A DNA stretch of 64,000 nt, from positions 11,780,001-11,844,000 of the forward strand of contig NC_086097.1 of NCBI RefSeq assembly GCF_963921235.1, given 5' to 3'. The position numbers and the translations under genes were made by a program. The notes beneath the pieces are model-generated. The model was given only the letters and a program-made list of their open reading frames with translations. It did no database searches and was not told the origin of the DNA. The stretch comes from Mobula hypostoma. Lineage: Eukaryota. Position 1 is the stretch's first letter. Each line of letters opens with the position of its first letter. Of the stretch, positions 12,300 through 25,699 are shown in pieces.

Positions 12300-13278
12300 C
12301 AGAATCAGAATCAAGTTAAACTTCACCAGTTTATGTCGTGAATTTTGTTAACTCTGTGGCAGCAGTACAATGCAATACATGGTAATAGAGAAAAAAAGAA
12401 AACTGTGTATTACAGTAAATATAGTTAAATACGTAATGCAAAAAGTAGAAAATATAAAATGTAGTGAGGTAGTGTTCATGGGCTCAATGTCCATTCAGAA
12501 ATCAGATGGCAGAGGGGAAGAAGCTGCTCCAGACTCGTGTGTCTGGCTTCAGGCTCTTTACCTCCTTCCTGATGGTAGCAATGAGAAGAGAGCATGCCCT
12601 GGATGGTGGAGGTCCTTAATAATGGATGCCGCCTTTCTGAGGCACTCTGAAGATGTCTTGGATACTATGGAGGCTGGTGCTCATGATGGAGCAGACTAAT
12701 TTTACAACTCTCTGCATCTACTTCGATCCTGTGCCGTAGTACCCTCCACTTCCACACCCCCCCCATACCAGACGGTGATTCAGCCAGGTAGAATGCTCTC
12801 CACGGTGCATCTGTAGAAATTTGCACATGTTTTGGGTGACATACCAAATTTCCTTGAATTCCTAATGAAATATAGCCAATATGTTGAGTCCAGCTTAGGT
12901 CCTCAGAGATATTACACCCAGGAACTTGAAATTGCTCACTCTTGCCACTTCTGATTCCTCTGTGAGGGCTGGAGTGTGTTCCCTTGTCTTACCCTTTCTG
13001 AAGTCCACAATCGACTATTTGGTCTTACTGACATTGAGTGCAAGGTTTTTGCTGCGACCGTACCCAAATAGTTGGTATATCTCACGCCAGTACACTCTCT
13101 CGTCACCATCTGAGATTTATCCAAGAATAGTTGTGTCATCATGAAATTTATAGATGGGATTTGAGCTGTACATAGTCATGGGTGTAGAGAGAACACCCAT
13201 GGGTTAAGCATACATCTTTGAGGTGCATCAGAGTTGATAGTCAACGAGTGAAGATATTATTTCTGATCTGCACAGAAT
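12300..13278 (-). mobile_element. Rex1/Babar-like LINE 3' fragment
   Basis: GATTCT tail, 3' UTR and decayed RT, homologous to 2801-3760. Confidence 0.85.
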
Positions 13279-13916
13279 ACGAGCTGTTAGAATAAGAGTC
13301 ACCTGTATACATTATGAATGCTTAAGATGTTGGATAAGATGCTGCTTGGTCCTGGCTGGTATCAAGCTTTGTGAGTGTTGTTTGAATTATGTTCATCTAG
13401 GCCAATGTTAATTATTCTATTGCTATCTTGATTTGTGACTTGTTGGTGGTGGAAAAGCTTCTAGATGTAAGGAAGCACAACAACTGTCAGAGAATCTCCA
13501 ATTATTTACTTAGTGGTCAGCGTAGAGTTGACCCTTCTGACTCTTCGAGCCATGCTGTCCCAGCAACTCCACAACTGCGAATAACCCCAAACTAATCATG
13601 GAACAATTTACAATAACCAATTAAAATACCCTGTATATTTTTGGACTGTGGGAGGAAACTGGATTACCTGGGGAAAACCATGCATTCCATGGGGAAGAAA
13701 TACATAAAACTACTTACAGAACAGCACTAAAAATGGACTCCAAGTTCTGGAACGCTATGAGCCGTAATGGTGTCTGGCTAACCACTACACTACCCCGCCA
13801 CCACCTTGCTGAACTGCTTTTGTAGCTTCAATAATAATGTGGCTGTTTGATTTAATCTTCTGGTCAATGGTGACCCATACGGACATTGATTGTGATGAGA
13901 ATGCTGTTCAGAGTCA

Positions 13917-15966
13917 TCAGAATCAGGTTTAATATCACCAGTATATGTCGTGAAATTTGTTGTCTTTGTGGCAGCAGTACATTGCAGAACATAATAATAA
14001 AGAAAAACATGAATTACATTAACTATATATATATAGTTGTGACGAGAATACACATAAATTAAGATGTTTGCTGGCCTGGGATAGCACCAGTGGCATCAGC
14101 AGTTGGTCTGCCACCTGTCCTCGGGGAGGGAGAGATAAGGCACACAATGAAGCAGCGTTTAGAGGTGTTAATGAAGGAACCATCAGTCTGGGTATTGTCA
14201 AGATCGGCTCCCCCTTTGAACCCTGAACTGTTTGAAGTGATGGACAGGCGATCTGGAGATGTGTAATGAAGGGACGGGAGAGAGAGCTGTCTAGAGCGGC
14301 TCCCCCTTTGAACCCTGAACTGTTTGAAGTGATGGACAGGCGATACCCCAGCAGGGGGATAAAAAGGGACAGGTTCGCTAAGGCAGGACACACACGACAC
14401 CCGAGGTAACGAGACCCTGGAAGCGGTGCGCCTCTCACAAGTCGGTGGGAAGTATCGGGCCATAAGCGCACAGGGTGGAAAGGTACGATCAGCGGGAACC
14501 CGGTGTGTGTCCACCCTCGCTTGGGTGCCGGGTTCACTGCAGAGGATCGACCGCATCTGGAGGAGGGGTCACAGTCGGTGACCTCAGGTGACACCACAAA
14601 GGACCTGCCCGAAAGCTGCTTGTGAGCAATATCGCAGGTCTGTGAGTGGAAGCCGTTCTGAATGATCAGTCGTTCTCATTCTCTCTCTCCTTCCCCCCAC
14701 ATTGTCCATCGCCATGGCAACGATTACTGCGAACTGAACTAAATTGAACTGGACTTTGTGTATCACTTTGAAATTGGTCATTTACCCCTAGACAACGATA
14801 GAGCTTGATTGATCCTGTTACCTTAATTCTGTGCACATGTGTGTTTATCATTGCTGAACTGTTACATTTATTATCCTTTCGAGTACTGTGTTGTTTGTTT
14901 CTTTAATAAAACTTTCTTAGTTCTAGTAATCCAGACTCCAACTGAGTGATCCATTTCTGCTGGTTTGGCAACCCAGTTACGGGGTACGTAACACAGTTAA
15001 GTAAGTAGTGCAAAAAGAGAGAAAAAAAAGTAGTGAGGTAGTGTTCATGGGTTCCATGACCATTCAGAAATTGGATGGCAGAGGGGAAGAAGCTGTTCCT
15101 GAATCATTGAGTGTGTGCCTTCACACTTCTGTACCTCCTTCCTGATGTAACAATGAGAACAAGACGTGACCTGGACAATGGGGGTCAGGTCCTTAATGAT
15201 GGATACCACCTTTTTGAGGCATTTCTCCTTGAAGGTGTCGTGGATACTACAGAGGCTAGTGTCCATAATGGAGCTGACTAAGTTTACAAATCTCTGCAGC
15301 TTATTTTGATCCTGCACACTAGCACCCCGCCTCACATCTCCTAATCTCAGACCAGATGGTGATGCAGCCATTTAGAATGCATCTGTAGAAACTTGCAAGT
15401 GTTTTTGAAGACATAGCACATCTTCTCGAATTCCGAAAGAAAAATAGACGCGAGGTGCATTCTTTATATCTGCATCAGAACGTTAGGTCCAGGTTAGATC
15501 CTCAGAGATATTGACACCCAGGAACTTGAAATTGCTCAGTCTTTCCACTTCTGATCCCTCAATAAGGACTGGTGTGTGTTCCTTCGTCTTACCCTTTCTG
15601 AAGCCCACAATCAGTTCTTTGGTCTTATTGATGTTGAGCGCTGGTATATCTCACTCTTGTACGCCATCTCGTCTCTCATCGCCATCTGAAATTCTGCCAA
15701 CAATAGTTGTACCATCAGCAAATTTATTGATGGTGTTTGAGCTGTGCCTAGCCACACAGTTGTGGGTGTAAAGACAGTAGAGCAATGGGCTGAGCACATA
15801 TCCCTCAGGGGTGACACTGTTGATAATCAGCGAGCTGGAAATGTTATTTCTGATCCGCACAGATTGTGGTCTTCTGTTTTGGAAGTTGACGATCCAGTTG
15901 CAGAGGGAGGTACAGAGGCCCAGGTTCTGAAACTTTCTGATTTGAACTGTAGGAACAATTGTGTTA
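13917..15966 (-). mobile_element. Rex1/Babar-like LINE 3' part interrupted by a solo LTR
   Basis: Tail atcagaatcagg at ~13916; the UTR resumes at 14994. ORF 15651-15860 (PEGYVLSPLLYCLYT..KFADGTT). Confidence 0.85.
14038..14993 (+). mobile_element. Solo LTR (956 bp) of an LTR retrotransposon
   Basis: Termini TGTGACG...CGTAACA (inverted, 6/7 match); flanks tagt/cagt (4-bp TSD, one mismatch); TATA-like GATAAAAA at 14358-14365; AATAAA at 14905-14910; CpG-rich; the host LINE rejoins across it. Confidence 0.88.
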
Positions 15967-15986
15967 AACCCTCACTGGAGTTAGTT

Positions 15987-16572
15987 AGACCATAAGCCCA
16001 TAAGATATAAGAGCAGATTTGGGCCATTTGACCCATTGAGTCTGCTCCGCCATTTCATCATGGCTAATCCATTTCCCTCTCAGCCCCAGTCTCCTGCCTT
16101 CTCCCCGTATCCCATCATGCCCTGACTAATCAATAACCTATCAACCTCTGCTTAAATATACAGAATGACTTAGCCTCCACTGCTGCCTGTGGCAACGAAT
16201 TCCACAGATCAATCACCCTCTGGCTAAAGAAATTCCTCTTCATCTCCATTCTAAATGGACATCCCTCTATTCAGAGGCTGTATCTTCTGGTCTTAGATAC
16301 CCCCACCATAGGAAACATGCTCTTCGCATCCACTCTATAGAGACCTTTCAATATTCAATAGGTTTCAATGAAACCCCCCTTCATTCTTCTGAATTCCAGT
16401 GAGTACAGGCCCAGAGCCATCAAATGATAAGCTTTTCAATCTCAGAATCATTTTTGTGAATCTCATTTGAACGCTGTCCAATGTCAGCAACACAGGAGCC
16501 CAAAAACTGCTCCAAATGTTCCAAGTAAGGTTTCACCACTGCTTTATAAAGCCTCAACATTACATCCTTGCT
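15987..16572 (-). mobile_element. CR1 3' fragment; same group at ~19555-20080(+), 20545-21000(-), 31960-33125(+), 42080-42380(-), 61060-61570(-)
   Basis: Tail agaccataag..ataggagcagaattaggcc; coding RGHSL.I.G.PFRTEMRRNFFSQRVVNLWN (ORFs 19723-19911, 32783-33037, 61143-61463). Confidence 0.88.
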
Positions 16573-19500
16573 AGGTAAATCTTGTTAGATTTTATCTCCT
16601 TGAAGATGGTCGTTACTTCATGGCATTTGTGTGGTGTGTTACTTGCCCCTTTCCAATAAATCCAACTTATTAACGAGCTCCAAATGGAATTGAATATTCT
16701 GTAATTACTAGTGAAGTGCCCACTGCCCATTCTGACCTTATGGCAGAAAGAAGGTGAATGAATGAAGCAGCTTTACATCACGTGAGCAGGAAACTTTTAC
16801 CTCATGAAGTGAATCACTCTCTCTTGGTGTCAATTCATTCATCAAAAACTGCAAAGGTACACACAGGTTATCATTAAACAGGAGACGCTCGTGTTTCTGC
16901 TTGATTAGCAATGGCCTCGAGCTTAGGTATCAGGCGACTCAGCCTGTGTGACTGCCGAAAGAGTTAAAGGAAGAGAAGTGTAGGAGGGAGAAAATGTTGA
17001 AGATTTTTCTGTGTGGCTCTTTTTGTCAGTAGTTGATCATTTACATCAACTTGACATTCTGAGGGTTTACGCTGGCACTGGTAATTGTATTCTTTCAGTG
17101 GTTCTGCATTGTCAACCATGGAAATGGAATCTCATCATCCCTGACCAATTTTTAATGTACAAAATTATTTGGCTGAGGTTCACAGGGAGGCGCAATTCAA
17201 ATCAGGTGCAGAATACATGTTTTTTCCAAATCCCCCTTCCAGAGATTTGATTGATTTTTCTTGTATCTCATGCCGGCGAACAGAAGTGGGTAGTTGTTAT
17301 TTGTGTTTAACCATTTGGATTGTAGATATTGCCTTTCGTGAACATTTTGCAGTACATATAGTCATAGATAAAGAAATTTAACACAAAAGAAAATTAACTG
17401 TTTCAGTGCCATTTTGCCTCAAGACACTCTGGCCTTAGATTAAGTTCTGTGCTCAAAGATCATTCACCGAATGTTTTTTTTCCTCTCAAAGCAGGAACAA
17501 ACGTAAATTCATTTTCTTCAGCTGCTGCCATCAGGTGCGATTGGTCCAAAGTCTGCCTCACTTGTTGCAGAGGGATTCTTCAATCAAAATCTTTCACAGC
17601 AGCTTCAAATATTAATTGTAAAATAATACAGTCCAGGAATAGGCCCTTCAGTCTACAATATTGTGTCAAACAAATTAAATTCATAGTAAAGTACCCAATT
17701 AATCTAATCCCCTCTGCCTGTACACTGTCCATATCCATTCCTTTCTTCCATATTCATGTCAGAATCAGAATCAGGTTTATTATCACCAGCATATGTTGGG
17801 AAATTAGTTGACTTTACAGCAGCAGTAAAATGCAATACATAATAATAAAGAAAAAAAGAATTAAAGTAAGTATGTACAGTATACATTAAATAGTTAAAAT
17901 TAAATACTTAGATTAAATAAGTAATGCAAAAATAGAAATTTAAAAAATTAGTGAAGCAATGTTCATGGGTTCAATATCCATTCAGGAATCGGATGGCAGA
18001 GGGGAAGAATCTGTTCCTGAATCATTGATTGTATGCATTCAGACTCCTGTATCTCCTTCGTGATGGTAGCAATGAGAAGAGGGCATGACCTGGGTGATGG
18101 AGGTCCTTAATGATGGACTCTTGGTGACAAATAGATTGTGTCAAAGCTCGCAAACACTGATAGAGCAAACTGGATCCTTCTCTCTGACAGTCATGCTTTG
18201 TTCATCTGGGAGCGCCTCTATGAAACAAGTCAACGGGTAAATGATTTTTTAAAGCTTATTGCGATGATTGAACTCTGCTTGAGGAGCAACATAGGGATTC
18301 GAACATTGTGCGGTAAAAACGTATTTTGACTACAGCTTTACATCCACACTTGTTGCCCCCCCCCCCGCCCCCCACTCCCACGCAGTAAGCAGAGGGTAAA
18401 TTTAGGGTGGCACGGCAGCATAACGATCTACAGTACCAGCGATACAAGTTCAATTCCCACTGCTGCCTATAAGGTGTTTGTATGTTCTCCCCTTGACCGC
18501 ATAAGTCTCCCCTCCTACATCCCAAAGACGTACAGATTAGTAGGTTAGTTGGTTACGTGCGTGTAATTGAATGGTGCAAGCTCGTTGGGTTGGAAATGCC
18601 TGCTACTGTGGTGTATCTCGAAATAAGATAAATTATTTTTTTTGTTAATTAGTCACATGAGTTACCTTAACAAGTTAACAGTACTAAGACCACATATTAA
18701 CCTCTTATAGAGTCATAGAACACTGCAGCACAGAAAGGAGCTCTTCCCATCTAGTCTGTGCTAAAATATTAATCTGTCTAGTCCTATCAACCTTCACCAA
18801 ACAGTAGCCTTTCACATCCCTTCCATCCATGTACTCACCTACATTTATCTTAATTGTTGAAATCAAAATCGTAACCACGTCTTCCACCTATAGCTCCCAC
18901 CACTCTCTGAGCTAAGAAGTTCCCACTCATATTCCCCTTAAACATTTCACCTTTCACCTTTATCCCATGATCTCCAGTTTTAGTCTCACCCATCCTCACT
19001 GGGAAAAGCACTGTTGAATACTGTTAAGAAGCAGTATTCAGTGAAGTTGAGTGAAGAGAAGGAGAAGATTAGTATAAAAAATGCCAAACATATTGACCTG
19101 GAGTTTCTTAACTTAATGGCACCCTTACAGGTACTTTTGGGTGTTAAGTGCAAAGTTAAATCAATGCCCAGAAATTTATCACAATGTGTTCTATAATCAG
19201 CTTCAAGGAAAAGTAATCCAGCCTATCTAGACTTTACTTGTAGTCCAGGTGAGCTGTTATGACCCAAAATGCCGACTGTTCGTTTCCCCTCCACAGATGC
19301 TGCCTGATCCATTGAATTCTTCCCACATCTCGCTTGTTGCTCCAGCTTCCAGTATCGACACTCATTTCCGTCTCCGATCTCTCCTCATAACTGAGCTGAT
19401 CCATCCCAGGCAAACATCTTGAAAGGAAGATGAGAATACAAGGAAGATTTAATTCTGATTAAGTTAGAGTGAGGTATCACATCAGCTGCTGTGTTGTGAA

Positions 19501-21809
19501 CTGTCCACAACCACGCTAGAGAATTTATAGGCATTACAAAGAATGGAATTGGATTCCTTATCTAAGAAAAAATGTGCTGGCATTGGACAGGGACCAGAGG
19601 AAACTCACAAGATGATTCCAGGAATGAAAGGGTTAATGAATGAAGCACATTTGATGGTTCTAGGCCCGTACTCACGAGAGTTTAGAAGAATGAGGGGGGA
19701 ATCCACCGAAACCTATTGAATATTGAAATGCCTTGATAGAGTAGATATGGAGAGGATGTTTCCTATAGCGGGCAAGTCTAGAACCAGAGGGCACAGCCTC
19801 AGAATAGAGCGACATCCGTTTAGAACAGAGATGAGGAGAAATTTCTTTAGCCACAGGGTGGTGAATCTGTGGAATTCGTTGCTACAGATGGTGGTGAAAA
19901 ACAAGTCATGAGATATATTTAAAGTGGAGGTTGATAAGTTCTTGATTAATCAGGGCATCAAAGATTATGAGAAGAAGGCAGGAGGATGGGGTTGAGAGTG
20001 ATGGTGTAAATCATCCATGATGGAATGGCAGAACAGACTTGATAGGTCAAATGGCCTAATTCTGCTCTTATATCTTATAACTTATAATGTGGCAAGAAAC
20101 ATTTCTTCATCATGAGGCTGGTAGAAAATTGTGACAGACTCTGATTGGGCCTTCATGATCTCATCAAGGATCACATTCTTACCGATAACCCTGAAGCTCA
20201 GTACTCAGCAGCCACGGCCGACTACCGTTGGGCAGGCCAGTCAGAATCAGGTTTAATATCATCGGTGCATGCTGTGAAATTTGTTGTTTTACAGCAGCAG
20301 TACATTACAAGGCATTTTGTGTGTGTTGCTTTGGATTTCCAGCATCTGCAGAATCTCTCGTGCTTATGTCCTTCCAGCTATTTGAGAAATATTCAATTTG
20401 TCTCAAAACATGGACACCCCTTCCACTGCAAATGTTGATCCATCATCAGACATTATTCCCTCTCCTTCTCTCCCTACATCCTTTCTCCTATTTTTTTCTC
20501 TGATCATACACCAGGCAGGAAGAAGATTCACGTCATGAGAGAAACCTTAGACCATAAGACCATGAGACATAGGAGCAGAATTAGGCCATTCAACTTTTTG
20601 AACCTGCTCTGATATTTGATCATGGCTGATTTACTTTCTCTCTCAACTTCATTCTCCTGCCTTTAATGCTGTTACTAATCAAGAACCTATCAGCCTCTGC
20701 TTTAAATATACTCAATGATGTGGTCTCCACATCCATCTATGGAGATGAATCCCACAATTCACCATCCTCTGGCTAAAGAAATTCTAAAGGGACATGCTTC
20801 AATGCTGAGGCTGTGCCCTCTGATCCTAGACCCCCCTCCCCCCATAGAAAATATCCTCTCGATGTCCAGTCTGTCTCGGCTTGTCAATATGTGATAGGTT
20901 TCAATGAGAACCCCCTTCATTCTTCTGACCTCCAGTGAGTACAGGGCAAGAGCCATCAAGCAGTCTTCATACGTTAACCCTTTCATTCCTGGGATTATTC
21001 TCCTAAAGTGCATAGACCTTTAGTATGGTGCCTGAAGAAGTTACCCTGATGTCTCACAGTAAAACATTCGGTTCATGATCAATCTTTGCTGGTTTAGCTC
21101 TGTCCGATATGCTGAGCAAGTGCCTATTTCTTGTTTCCTTTTTGGGAAAATGCTATGAGTTCCCAGTACTGCCTTATAAGGTGGGTTGACGTTTACCACC
21201 TAAATTGCTAAGATTGAAAGTTGAAAGAAAATTTATTGTCAAAGTCCATGTGTCACCGTATGATACCCTGAGATTCATTTTCTTGTGGGCATTCACAGTA
21301 AATACAAAGAGTCACGATAGAATCACTAAAAAGCTTCACACAAGACAGACAAACAACAAATGTGCAAGAGACAACAAACTGCAAATACAAAAAAAAATTT
21401 TAAGTATTAATAATAATAGGAGAAATAACACATGAGATGGTTTGATATAATACCAGCTGCAATGCACTTGTGTGGTTTCATAGTTTGGAGAGCATTTTTA
21501 ATAAAGCTGAACTTTACCCTCTGAGTTATAACATCATCAAAATCCTTTGATGGTAGTTGTAACTCAATCCTGCTTAGATATTAACAATGGTTTTCTTTGT
21601 GCAAGCATGCCTGGTATAACAGAGGATTTGCCTGAAGCAGGAAAGATATTGGTTTAATGTTCACAGCTGCTTCTCACTTGACAGCCTCAGATAAATGAGT
21701 ATTTTCAGTTTAGGGCAATGATACCATCCATGCCACATTAGATCGATGGTATCATGCATACAACACCAGGGTGATGATCTAATGCGTATACCGTACCTCC
21801 CCCCAACAC

Positions 21810-22197
21810 TTTGCCTCAAAGGCCCAGAGAGCTATGTTGGCTGGAGTCAGGGCTTTGTGCTTTGGCATTTGGCAGGGTCACCCATGCCAAACAGGTCAAA
21901 GGGTAGAGGTCAGACTAGGAGTGGTCCACCAGTCCTCCAGGTTCAGGGGGTTCAGCTCAGGGCTAACAACAACCCTGACCACTAAAGTAAAATTGTTACA
22001 GAAACAGCAATAAAGAATCATTCTACATCTGAGTGCGATGGTATTTCTGGGTCTCCACCTGGGACTTGCATGACTGACATTAGTGAAAACTGAGAGGAAG
22101 CTGCTGACATGATAGGGGAACCCCTGAGTATTGCCGGAGATGGAGGACCTTCATTGTTGCCCTAAATGCCATTGGCATAACAGGCATTAAGTAGTGA
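21810..22197 (+). mobile_element. Non-autonomous RTE-derived (bipartite) element; second copy at ~62216-62590
   Basis: The two copies align over ~370 bp. The head (gagagctatgttggctgg..agggtcacccatgccaaacaggtcaaagggtagagg) resembles RTE/Expander 5' UTRs; the end (ggaccttcattgttgccctaaatgcc..taagtagt) resembles an RTE 3' end. Confidence 0.65.
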
Positions 22198-22965
22198 GTA
22201 TACCAACATATTGAAATTATGCATACCACATCAGACCTATCACACCATGCATACTACACCAGGGCGATGATAGCATGCATCTAACTCACTAGTACATTGG
22301 TACCATACATATCACACCAAAACCTTGAAATCATGCACACCAGACCAGAATGATGATCTAATGATTACCAAAGTTCATTTATAGTCAAAGTATGCATACA
22401 TTATACAACCTTGAGATTCGTCTCCTTACAGGTAGCTACAAAAACAAAGAAACCCAATAAAAGAGACCCCATAAAAAAAGAAGACTGCCGGACACCCAAT
22501 ACGCAGAGGGAAGTAAACAAATAGCATTCAGTATGAAAGTGACTCCACAGACATCAAGCTGGGAGCAGGCCACAGCCTCACCCTCAGCCCAGTGCAGAGT
22601 CGAATAGGTGTCATGGAGCGGTGAACAGAACCAGCCTGCCATTTCAATCCATCTGGCCTGGTATTTAAATCATCCAAGCATTGTGTTGTTCCTTGTACAA
22701 GGACTTGGTCCGTCACATCAATATGCTCTGGGCCTGGACCCCACTGCCACATTTCAGCCTGTACTCAGCCTTTCCAAACTGGCCTGGCGCTGAGATCAAT
22801 GAAACCTCACCTTGGAGGAAACCTCACCTCACCTGTGTGAGTCCTCATCATACCAGCATGATGATAATAACAACAGGAATTCTGCAGATGCTGGAAATTC
22901 AAGCAACACACATCAAAGTTGCTGGTAAACGCAGCAGGCCAGGCAGCATCTATTGGAAGAGTTTC

Positions 22966-23001
22966 AGTCGACGTTTCAGGCCGAGACCCTTCGTCAGGAC
23001 T
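22966..23001 (-). ncRNA. Minimal type I hammerhead ribozyme motif
   Basis: Minus strand reads AGUC-CUGACGA-AGG(GUCUCGG)CCU-GAAAC-GUC-GACU: core boxes intact, stem I AGUC/GACU, stem III reduced to the palindrome ACGU. Confidence 0.75.
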
Positions 23002-23108
23002 AACTGAAGGAAGAGTTAGTAAGAGAATTGAAAGTGAGAGGGGGAGGGGGAGATCCAAAAAATCTCCCCCTCTCACTTTCAAATCTCTTACTAACTCTTC
23101 CTTCAGTT

Positions 23109-23144
23109 AGTCCTGACGAAGGGTCTCAGCCTGAAACGTTGACT
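23109..23144 (+). ncRNA. Minimal type I hammerhead ribozyme motif
   Basis: AGUC-CUGACGA-AGG(GUCUCAG)CCU-GAAAC-GUU-GACU; cleavage triplet GUU. Confidence 0.7.
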
Positions 23145-24826
23145 GTACCTCTTCTTATAGATGCTGCCTGGCCTGCTGCGTTTACCAGCAACTTTGATGA
23201 TGATATAATGCATGTTATATCAGTGTGATGATATGACACATGCTACTTCAGTGTAATGGTACCATGTCTGTGGCAACAGGGAGTCAAATACACTAGCTTA
23301 ATGAGAAGATGAAAGTAAAAATAACTAAAGGTAATCATTCAACTGTTTCATTCAATGGAATATTAATACACTTGTAAAAACGTACAGAGGAACGTACAGT
23401 ATGTAAATCACATCGACCTAGAGTATTGTTGCAGGAAAGCAGCATCCATCATCAGGAACCTCCTCCACTCAGATCATGCTCTCTTCTTGCGGCTGCCGTC
23501 AGGAAGAAGGTACAGGAGCCTCAGGACTCATACCACCAGGTTCAGGAACAGTAATTATCCCTCAACTATTAAGCTCTTGAACCAAAGGGGAAAATTTCAC
23601 TCAGATTCACTTGCCCCATAATTGAAATGTTCCCACAACTGATAGACCCACTTTCAAGGACTCTTCATGTCATGTTCATGATATTTATGGCTTATTTATT
23701 TATTACTATTATTATTATTATTATTATTATTTCTTCTTTCTTCTTGTGTTTACACAATTTGTTGTCTTTTGCACACTGGTTGTATGCCCAGTTTGTGCAT
23801 AGTTTCACTGATTCTATTATGGTTATTGGATTTAGTGAGTATGCCCGCAAAAAAATGAACCTCCCGGTTGTATATGGTGACATATATATACTTTGATAAT
23901 AAATTTACTTTGAACCTTTAAAGATAATTTTCAAAATCGAAGGCATTATATTTTGGATATGCAATGCTAATTTTATGTTCTTTTCGATGCATGAATATGT
24001 GATGCCTTCTTGAATCATAATAATTTAGAATAATGTAGTTTTAATATTGCCTGGAGAAATGTTAGAATTAGATAATAGCACTGAATGCAGCATAGGTAAT
24101 ATTACCCTAGACTGCGATGAAAACAGTACTAAGATCATTATTAAAGCAATATATTGGACAGTACAGTGCTGGGCAGGTCAGGACCTATGAAACCCAGAGG
24201 AAGCCATTAATCATGGAGTTTACTATGGCACTGAGCTCTTGGAATCTATAGCTGTAGAATAACTGCACTGTAATCACTAACTTTTGACACTTATGTACGC
24301 AAAGGAGCATTAGAGTGCAAATGTGAAGGAGTGGAATTGTCTGTAATACGATTACTGATATTAAGTAATTTCAGTCATGGCCCAGTGCCCTCTTTAACAT
24401 AGTGTTTTGGACAGTATAATAACATAAAGTAAAAAAAAATGCAGGACTTTGTTGTAGATAGTAGAATTCTTTTTTCAGTGATGTGTGTCAAGGCAGGGGA
24501 AAGAATTCTCTTCTTCCATATTAAATAACCAAGTGGCAACTTCAAACATTTCCCCTTTTAGAAATAAGACTAATCAGCAACTGAGGCTTGGTAGGGTGTG
24601 TTGAGAGAGGAGGCCGAAGTGGGAGGGTGAGGGGAAGTAGGGGTTGCAGGTGGTGGGTGGGGCCAATTGAGGGGAAGGTGGGAGAGTGGAGGAGCAGTGA
24701 TGGGGAAGGAAACTGGGAGGGGGTGTATGCAAAGTACAAAGTAAATTTATTATCAAAGTAATATATATCACCATATACAACCCTGAGATTCATTTTCTTG
24801 TGGACATTCACAGTAAGTACAAGAAC

Positions 24827-25322
24827 TGAGTTGAATTGAATTGACTTTATTCTTTACACCCTTCACATACATTAGGAGTAAATATCTTTACATTACGTCT
24901 CCATCTAAATGTGCAATGTACAATCATAGTCATTTATAATAAATAGAACAGTCAGTGTAACATAGAAATACACTCAAATCAGCGTGAGTTCATCAGTCTG
25001 ATGGCATATGCTTCAGCAGCTTCTGTTCTGGAACCTGTTGGTCCTGGCTTTTATGCTGTGGTACTGTTTTCCGGATGGTAGCAGCTGGAGTAGAATGTGG
25101 TTGGGGTGACTCGGGTCCCCAATGATCCGACCAGCCCTTTTTACACACCTGTCTTTATAAATGTCCTGAATCATGGGAAGTTCACAACTACAGATGCACT
25201 GGGCTGTCCGCACCACTCTCTGCAGAGTCCTGTGATTAAGAGAGGTACAGTTCCCATACCAGGCAATGATGCAGCCAGTCAGGATGCTCTCAATTGTGCA
25301 GCTGTAGAAAGTTCTTAGGATT
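24827..25322 (-). mobile_element. Rex1-like LINE 3' fragment with (TCAAT)n tail
   Basis: ORF 25013-25399 (FYSCTIESILTGCIIAWYGNC..LQRVVRTAQ..DPSHP..LLPSGK); gttgaattgaattgactttatt tail. Confidence 0.85.
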
Positions 25323-25699
25323 TTGGAGAAAAGTTTAAAGGGGATCTGAGAAGCAAAATTTTTATACAGTGGCCAGGGAGTATATGGAACAAGCCGCAAG
25401 AGGAAGTGGTAGAGGCTGGTATAATTGCACCACTTAAAAGACTCTTGGGCTTGTTCATGGTGTCAGAGTTCAGAGTTCAATTCTGTAAGAAGTTTGTTTG
25501 TCCTTCCCATGAGTGCATAGATTTCCTCCAGGTGCTCTGGTTTCTTCCCATAGTCCAAAGACATATTAGTTAGAAGGTCAATTGGTCATTGTAAATTGTC
25601 CAGTAATTAGGCTAGGGTTAAATAGGTGGGTTGATGGGTGAGACAGCATGTTGGAGGGCATGTGCCTGTTCCGCGCTGTATCTCTAAGTAAGTAAATCC

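Larger units (their letters stand above)
22868..23199. mobile_element. Penelope-derived fold-back element, near-perfect inverted repeat 22911-23199
   Basis: Arms run catcaaagtt...gagat and atctc...aactttgatg around a short ccaaaaa loop at ~23055-23061; atgatgata occurs on both flanks. Confidence 0.93.

Noticed and set aside
14019..14597. 192-aa and 165-aa ORFs with an internal repeat
   Set aside because: Antisense frames of a GC-rich solo LTR; the peptide repeat reflects the 48-bp DNA duplication.
21720..22370. CRISPR-like or C/D-box snoRNA cluster suggested by repeated TGATGA units
   Set aside because: Units are degenerate and adjacent, without unique equal-length spacers or clear paired D boxes and terminal stems; a decayed minisatellite explains them.
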